Assembly: GCA_048013815.1 (NCBI GenBank)
Contig: CM106585.1
Location: 18,538,001-18,602,000, forward strand
Length of the DNA stretch: 64,000 nucleotides
Source of the DNA: Setoptus koraiensis
Taxonomy: Eukaryota; Animalia; Arthropoda
Direction of reading: 5' to 3'
The translations under genes were made by a program, and so were the position numbers. The notes beneath the pieces are model-generated. The model saw nothing but the letters and a program-made list of their open reading frames with translations, was not told the origin of the DNA and did not search any database. Position 1 is the first letter of the stretch. Each line of letters starts with the position of its first letter. Of this stretch, positions 57,608 through 64,000 are shown piece by piece.

Positions 57608-58922
57608 TATTGTCAATCGATATTATTGAATCGATGCCTTCTAAGTTGAAATTTCTCAGTATCATCAATAATAAATATTTAAACCACATGTGCAAAACAA
57701 GCTTGACTTTTTTGGATTACGCGGTTCTTGTTTCATGAACATGCTCCGTTCGAACGATCGGTGACAACATCACTCGCGTGAATCGTTTGCACCTGGCAAG
57801 CGAAGGGGACTTTGTTTGTCATCTTTACAACAATGCAAGAGTTTGCCGAGAGGCTAATATCAATATAGTACTCACACCAACTGGCTGGTAAATAGTGAGC
57901 CATGAGATGAACGGGCCCACGTCGTCTCTACAGACAGTTGTGGGTGCAAGTTTGTCCCGAGGGCTCCATCTTGTCAGTTGGAATATGAATAATAATATGC
58001 AAGAATTAATGCATAGCATACAGGGTCGGGCAGAAATAAGTGAAATATCATTCTTTCGCGTCTATGGTATCGATCGACACCATAGACCAGTCTGTGAATA
58101 TCATGCAGTTTAGAGTATGCACCAGGTCGGCTGGTTGGTACCAATGCACTAGGCATATTGAAAAAAGTTGTAGCTGTAATTCAGACTCCTCTTTTTGAGG
58201 TCTGTCCGGCCCCCGCATGCATGGTTGGTTAAGAGATTGCGTGAGACAGGCGATCTAGGGTGCACGATTGCACCTGACGTGTACCAGATTGAGTGCCAAC
58301 TGCTGATCAGAAGCAGCTACTCTGTGGTAATGGGCACCAGTGGGACGCTCTCCACACGGGAGGTATTCTCATTTCCGGACTATGAGGTGTGTAATGAGTC
58401 GCTAGATCTGACGAGCAAATAATTTGAATTAGCAGGAATTCGATGAACAGAGCGAACAACAACAAATTGGTTAGGCAAGCAGACAAACATGGACACAGGG
58501 AGGCATTCTTAGAGGACCAAGTTGTTTCTATTAATATATATGTTGACATATATATGTATATATATAAATGTGTATGTGCATGCATTAATATGCATTTATA
58601 TTGAATGTGAAGCGTGAGACAGTAGTGGTGGGCAGAAAAGCGCCGACTGTGCATGAGGCATTGTCTATCGGCCCGGAATGTCATTTCCGGACTGTATGAA
58701 GCTTTACATGCGATGCATGTGAGCTAGTTTGAGGTAGCCATTTTCAAGATTAGGCTTGCACGATAAGCTGGCAGCGAGCAAATAACAAAAGAGAAAGAGA
58801 GAGGCTGTTGTCTTGTTGTCTTTGTAGTAGTAGTTGTTGTTGTTGATGGTGCGGCTGTAAACAAAGCACAGGTACCTAGCGGATCTGCACACATCAAGAA
58901 TGGCGCCCACGGGAATCGGTAG

Positions 58923-58932
58923 CTAAAAATAG
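58923..58932. promoter_or_regulatory. Canonical MEF2 binding site CTAAAAATAG upstream of the HDAC4-like gene
   Basis: Perfect match to YTA(A/T)4TAR within GCTAAAAATAGC, ~2.56 kb upstream of the ATG, next to a (CA)n tract. Function not shown. Confidence 0.45.
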
Positions 58933-58945
58933 CTCACCTTGTAGC

Positions 58946-58946
58946 G

Positions 58947-58977
<31 letters not shown>

Positions 58978-59260
58978 CACCTTTCCAGATGGCCCCCACA
59001 AGGCCGCTACAAGGCAGAGCGAGGGGGCGAGCGATCTTTATTCATGCCTAAGCTTATGCAACAATTCACCGTAAAACGGTTTTACGTTACACCGCTATGT
59101 GCACTAGCGCCGAGTCGCAGTCGCTAGTCGCTTTTGGCTGCCCGAAGTAGCGCACAGCGCAGTTGTGTCCAATGTAGCCGTGCGACGGGCAAGCGAAATC
59201 TGTGTCACACAACTATTATATGATTTGTTAGTGGCTTTATCTGCCTATTTAGTTAGAGTG

Positions 59261-59293
<33 letters not shown>
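58946..59293. repeat. (CA)n microsatellites at ~58946..58974 and ~59263..59293
   Basis: Directly visible. Confidence 0.9.
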
Positions 59294-59295
<2 letters not shown>

Positions 59296-61495
59296 CGACG
59301 ACGAGGCAAATGTAGCGGCGCATAGCACACAGTCATAGCGTATATGTGTCTGTGCAAACATTGAATACATTCAATCATGGCGAATAATCATAATATTATC
59401 ATTATTGCCGACATGGGTTGCATTCGTCGGCAAGCTAGTGGCGCCGAGCGGCGAAATGCTCGAATTAGGGCCAACGGTAGTGTTAATGATGTGTGCAAGC
59501 GGCGCAGCAGCAGCGGCTGTGCCGCCCGTTCGCGGCGCCCCTAGGTGCGCGAGCAGCGACCGTCACTAGTACGGTTTCCTTGGGCGCTCGCTTGGGCTTT
59601 GTTGGGGCGCCTGCATTATCGTTTCTGTGCCAGCGCACAATGGCGGGCAGACCAGGCTGCACCAGACGGCTGGCCTGGATACGTGACGCTCGCAACTGTC
59701 TCGCATTCGTCAGCTGACTGACGTCGGCTGTTGGGTCCGCCAGTGCAGTTGGGGCCCCAGCTGCAGTTGCAGTTGTCGCAGAGCGTGCAACAGAGACGGG
59801 CGCAGTGCAGCAGCGCCAGCTGAACGTGCGCAAGAACTGGCGCAAGAAACGGCACACGAGCGCCCGTTTGTGGCCAAGGTGAAAGGCAGCGAAATGAGAT
59901 ATATCCGTTGATATCAGTTGTGTTGGCGCGCGCCAGGATATTCCTGTTGGAGGCGAGCCGCGACAGCTCGCCACAGCGAGACTGGGGCGCGCGCGTGAGG
60001 CGCAGCGTAATTTTTGTCGCAAGCGCCGCGACTACTGGCGCGACTCGACGAGATCCGCCAGTGACCCGACGCGTCATACATTATACGATATTATAACTGG
60101 GGGGCAGCGTTGATTTGGTTGTCTGGCTGGCTGGCTGACAAGCTTAACATGGCTGCTGGCAGACAACGGGGCCAGCCAGCCAGACAGCCAGCCAGCCAGC
60201 CAGCCAGCCGAGCCCGACGAGCCCGACGAGGGTAGCGCTGCGTAGCGGCGGTACGGCGCAACAACCGCATATATGCGCCATATATGCGCCGCATATATGC
60301 ATGCGAGTATCATGCATAACGGCGGCTGTGCCACGCAGGCCCGCGTACAGCCGTGCCGAGCCCGAGCCCGGGCGCTGTGCGCCCCAGCCAATTGTTTGTT
60401 GACAGTCGACAGCAGCGAGCCTGTCGTCGGCCCGCACACTGGCGCGCCTGCTGGCCCCCAAAGCGGGCCGACCAGAGCCGCACTACGGGCCGACCGGAGC
60501 CACAACACGGGCCGACCCGCGCCGCCGAGGTACTTACTGTGAGCCGGAGCGAATGGATTGCTGGCGGGAATATGCGGATCGGGGCGCACAAGCACACGAA
60601 CACGCACACAAATGTTATTTATACACACACACACACACACTGATGGAACACACACACAGATATACGTACGTTTGTGTGCGTGTGCGTGTGCGCGTATTGG
60701 CATCGAGTGCGGGTCGCGCGACTCGCGAGCGTTCGCTAGGCGACCCCTCCGCGAACGCTCCAATTCTACAGCGATCAGTTACCAATACTAAAAAATTCTA
60801 TCGCCTACAAGCATCTAGAGCGAGCTGCTATCTAGCGAGTGTGGGGCGCACAGTGTGCGAGTGAGTGCGTGTGCGTGTGTCTATTATTATATATTAATGT
60901 TTATGTCTGGTGTGGGAGAGCCGCCAACAGAGCCGCTGATAGATAAATCGACGGTGAAGCAGGCCCAGCCGCCCCCGCCCGCCGCCCGCTTGCCCGCCAG
61001 CCAGCACAGCAGCAGCAGCAGCCGTGAGCATTGATTCAATTGTGCGAGCGCAGTGTGTGTGTGTGTGTGTACAATTGAATTTGATGAATATCCGACCGAA
61101 ATCCGCACCGCAGCCCTCGATTGTCATTTGCATCAGCGTCGTCTTGCCCGAAATCGCCCAGCGATCGGCCAGCGATCGCCGAACAGGACGCAATTGGACA
61201 GCAGCAGCAACAAGGACACACAGCGGCCAGCGGACAGGTTAGCAGCGGACAGCGACAACAGCGAGCATGGAGGCCCGTCGCTCGTAGTGGCCGCTCGGCA
61301 CCATTATCGTCGTATCATTGTCATTGGCCACCACCACTATTGGCACTATTAGCGCCGCCAGAATTATTAATTATTGACTAATTATTGCGCAAACAATTAT
61401 AACGCGCGTTCACTGGGCCCCACAATTACGCAAGCCGCACAATCACACGGGCCCCCCAATCACACGGGCCCCCCAATCACACGAGCCCCCCAATC

Positions 61496-64000
61496 ATGTC
61501 ACACAACACGCTGGCTGGCGCGGCCGGCCCGATGGCCAGCACCTGCACCAGCGGCACCGCCACCAACAACAGCAGCAACAACAGCAGCCACAGTAACACC
61601 AACAACCACAGCAGCAACAGCAATAACAACAACAGCAGCAACAACAGCAACAACAACAACAGCAGCAACAACGGCCAGGCGAACAGCAATATGGACGCGA
61701 AGGAGAACACAGACAGAGCCGCACAGGCCGACGGCCAGACGCAGCCGGACGCGGCCGCCCGCGCCAACTGTCAGCCGGACAAGCTCGTGGAGCATTTCAA
61801 GAGGCGCTTCGAGCGCGAGAAGCGCGAACTCGACCTGCAGCATGTGGCCCAGATGAGGGCGCTCATGAGCTGCCAGCAGCAACTGCAGCCCGCCGGCCAA
61901 AGCGACCCGAGCGCCGCCGACCAGACGGGCCAGCGGCCCGGCCAGCCCGACGCCTCCATACAGCACAACCTGCACCGGCTCAAGCTGCAAGAGGTGCAGC
62001 CCTCTCAGCTGGCCATGCAGCTCCAGCAGCACCAGCAACTGCAACAAATTGCCAACCTGATGACCCAAAACGCGCCCACGCAACAGCAGCAGCAACAGCA
62101 GCAGCAGCAACAGAAGCAACTATTTGCGGACAACCAGAAGCTGGAGCAGCTCAAAAACAAGGAGAAACACGAACAGTCGGCCGTGGCCAGCCAAGAGGTC
62201 AAGGAGCACTTGGCCGGATTCATATTATCCAAGCGGCAGTTGTCACAGCAGCAGCAGCAGCAGCACAGCACCCAATCCGGCGGCCAGCAACAGGAGCCCG
62301 CCACCCAGTATCAGCTGCAGCAGCCGGTTGCGGTGGGCGCCGGTCACCGACAGCAACTGCACAGTTTGAGCCAGGACGGCCAGACGGGCGCCGGGCCGGA
62401 CGCGACGGGCAAGCAGCTGCAGCAGCAAAGTTGCAACAGTGATAACACGGGCACGGGCCACAAGTACACCGTGCCCTCCAGGTACCAGGCCATCAAGAGC
62501 GGCTCCGACGATTATCCGCTCAGGAAGACCGCCTCGGAGCCGTCGCTGCCGCTGAAGGCGCAATCGTCGCTGAAAAAGAAACAAATTGAGCGCAGGAGCA
62601 CGGTGAGTCCGCTGCTCAAGCGAAAAATAGCCGCCGCCGTGGCTAGACGACGCATACAATTGACGCAACAGTCCCAATCGATGGATTACACAACCACCAA
62701 CGCAAGCACGCCGGCGACAGCAACAGCAAACAACAGCAACACGAGCAGCAGCGCCAGCGAACCGCCAACCACATCAACGACAACATCGTCGGCGCCCAGC
62801 ACGTGCCGGCAGCAATCGTACTCGCCGTCGCCCCCACTGAATCACCATCATCAACCGCACCAGCATCAGCATCATCATCATCGGCATCACCAGTACAGAT
62901 CGCACAGTCACCGGGACGTCGAGGTGCCCATGGATTACGACACCCTGAGCAGCAGCCAGAATCCGTATGTCATATGGCAGCGGTGGCAACTGCAACAGCT
63001 CGGCGTCGATATGACAAACAACAGCAACAACAACAACAACAACAACAGCGCAACAAACAAATCGCCGGCGCCCGCGAACAAGGCTCCCCAAGCGAGGCAC
63101 AGGTACAACTCGTTGCACCAAGACTGCACTGTTGACAACAATGTGACAGACAAGACGGAGCTAAGTGGCCACTCAATCAGCGCCAACATGACAGCTAGCC
63201 ATCATATGGCCCCAGCTGCCGGTGGTCAGCTGTCGATGTTGGCGGCCAGTAATCGGCATCACAACTCCATCAGTCAGCCACTGTTGAGCAGGGCCCAGAG
63301 CAATCCGCACCTACAACAGTCGCTGTTATACCAGCAGCACCAACAGCAGCAGCACCACCGGCAACAACAACAGTCACCAAATAGGACAGTGAGCAAATGT
63401 TTCATTCCATCTAGGAACTCATCCACAAACACCGCCAATACCTCAAATCCGAGCAACGCTGGTGCCGTCGACTGTGGGGCCCTGCTGGCGCATTCCGTCA
63501 CCAAAAAACAGTCACCCACAACTTATCCCATATTCGCAGACAGTCCAGACGACGGCATCCAGACCACTGCCAGCGGCAGCAGCAACAACAACAACAACAG
63601 CACCAGCAGTAACAACAGCACCACTGGCAACAGTGGTAGCAACAGATCAATTTTAGCCAGCCAACTGCAGCAGCCAACAACCGGCGACAAAACAATAGCG
63701 GCAGCAGCAACAACAGCGACGTCAAATTTAGACCAACAGCAGCAGGCCATTTTGGCCAAATTGCTCGAGCAGCAACAACAACACCAGCACGTTAAACAGC
63801 AGGTCAGACAGACAGTGTTACAAAGGAGCTCGAGCAAAACAAAAGTATTTCACAACATTGGCGGCGGGGGCAGCCTAGACAGAGAGCTTAAATCAATTGA
63901 ATCCAGACAGTGGTCGCTGGACTCGTCGTCGTGCAAGCCCAGCAGCGGCGGCGGCGGTCTGTATAACCAAAAACTGGTCACCAATTCAATCAAGAATCTG
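61496..64000 (+). CDS. HDAC4: Class IIa histone deacetylase (HDAC4-like), N-terminal regulatory region; open to the window end (partial)
   Basis: Continuous frame from ATG 61496 to 64000 with no stop. It has a Q-rich region, the MEF2-binding motif KLEQLKNKEKHEQSAVASQEVKEHLAGFILSK, the 14-3-3 site DDYPLRKTASEP (62522..62542) followed by NLS-like KKKQIERRSTVSPLLKRK, a second site LSRAQSNP (63290) and KQQVRQTVLQRSSSK. The catalytic domain lies beyond the window. Confidence 0.92.
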   Translation, partial: MSHNTLAGAAGPMASTCTSGTATNNSSNNSSHSNTNNHSSNSNNNNSSNNSNNNNSSNNGQANSNMDAKENTDRAAQADGQTQPDAAARANCQPDKLVEHFKRRFEREKRELDLQHVAQMRALMSCQQQLQPAGQSDPSAADQTGQRPGQPDASIQHNLHRLKLQEVQPSQLAMQLQQHQQLQQIANLMTQNAPTQQQQQQQQQQQKQLFADNQKLEQLKNKEKHEQSAVASQEVKEHLAGFILSKRQLSQQQQQQHSTQSGGQQQEPATQYQLQQPVAVGAGHRQQLHSLSQDGQTGAGPDATGKQLQQQSCNSDNTGTGHKYTVPSRYQAIKSGSDDYPLRKTASEPSLPLKAQSSLKKKQIERRSTVSPLLKRKIAAAVARRRIQLTQQSQSMDYTTTNASTPATATANNSNTSSSASEPPTTSTTTSSAPSTCRQQSYSPSPPLNHHHQPHQHQHHHHRHHQYRSHSHRDVEVPMDYDTLSSSQNPYVIWQRWQLQQLGVDMTNNSNNNNNNNSATNKSPAPANKAPQARHRYNSLHQDCTVDNNVTDKTELSGHSISANMTASHHMAPAAGGQLSMLAASNRHHNSISQPLLSRAQSNPHLQQSLLYQQHQQQQHHRQQQQSPNRTVSKCFIPSRNSSTNTANTSNPSNAGAVDCGALLAHSVTKKQSPTTYPIFADSPDDGIQTTASGSSNNNNNSTSSNNSTTGNSGSNRSILASQLQQPTTGDKTIAAAATTATSNLDQQQQAILAKLLEQQQQHQHVKQQVRQTVLQRSSSKTKVFHNIGGGGSLDRELKSIESRQWSLDSSSCKPSSGGGGLYNQKLVTNSIKNL

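Noticed and set aside
57700-58422. Small ORFs downstream of Drak (HLVSWNMN resembling the start of a retrotransposon endonuclease)
   Set aside because: Similarity is limited to a few residues, with no downstream catalytic motifs.
26750-61400. Conserved arthropod miRNAs, tRNAs or snRNAs in the non-coding region
   Set aside because: Only partial seed-length resemblances (e.g. ATACTGTCAG near 53292, TTGCACTTGTC near 33357), with no full mature sequence or hairpin recognised by eye. A proper Rfam/MirGeneDB scan is still needed.
7480-64000. Functional clustering of XPO1 with its known cargo classes (HMGB, class IIa HDAC)
   Set aside because: CRM1 has hundreds of cargoes, so co-location is expected by chance without synteny evidence.

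Overview
Eukaryotic, intron-poor arthropod genomic DNA. The compact genes with 92-97 nt introns and the DSP1-type HMGB and Drak-type kinase suggest a small-genome mite, but this is inference. Left third (AT-rich, gene-dense): TRABD (-, 2 exons), a strongly shortened intronless VPS13D-like gene (+), exportin-1 (-, 3 exons), then an array of five HMGB paralogs (A-,B+,C+,D+,E-). A and B form a ~4.5-kb head-to-head palindrome, C and D have lost or shortened acidic tails, D carries an intronic MITE, and E has a duplicated third HMG box. After a 500-N gap come a lipase pseudogene and a PIF/Harbinger-like region. That region holds an intact RING-finger + chromodomain fusion ORF bracketed by inverted 22-bp-period repeat arrays, a Myb/SANT-like ORF carrying the same 13-mer, and a probable decayed transposase. 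About 26.7-54.3 kb is a GC-rich region without a credible ORF, full of short tandem micro-duplications. Right end: a DRAK/STK17 kinase (+) and the 5' part of a class IIa HDAC (HDAC4-like, +, absent from the ORF track because it runs off the window), with a canonical MEF2 site upstream. Top leads: the transposon-borne RING-chromodomain cassette, the diversifying palindromic HMGB array, and the mini-VPS13D. No database searches were run; all family assignments come from motif recognition.
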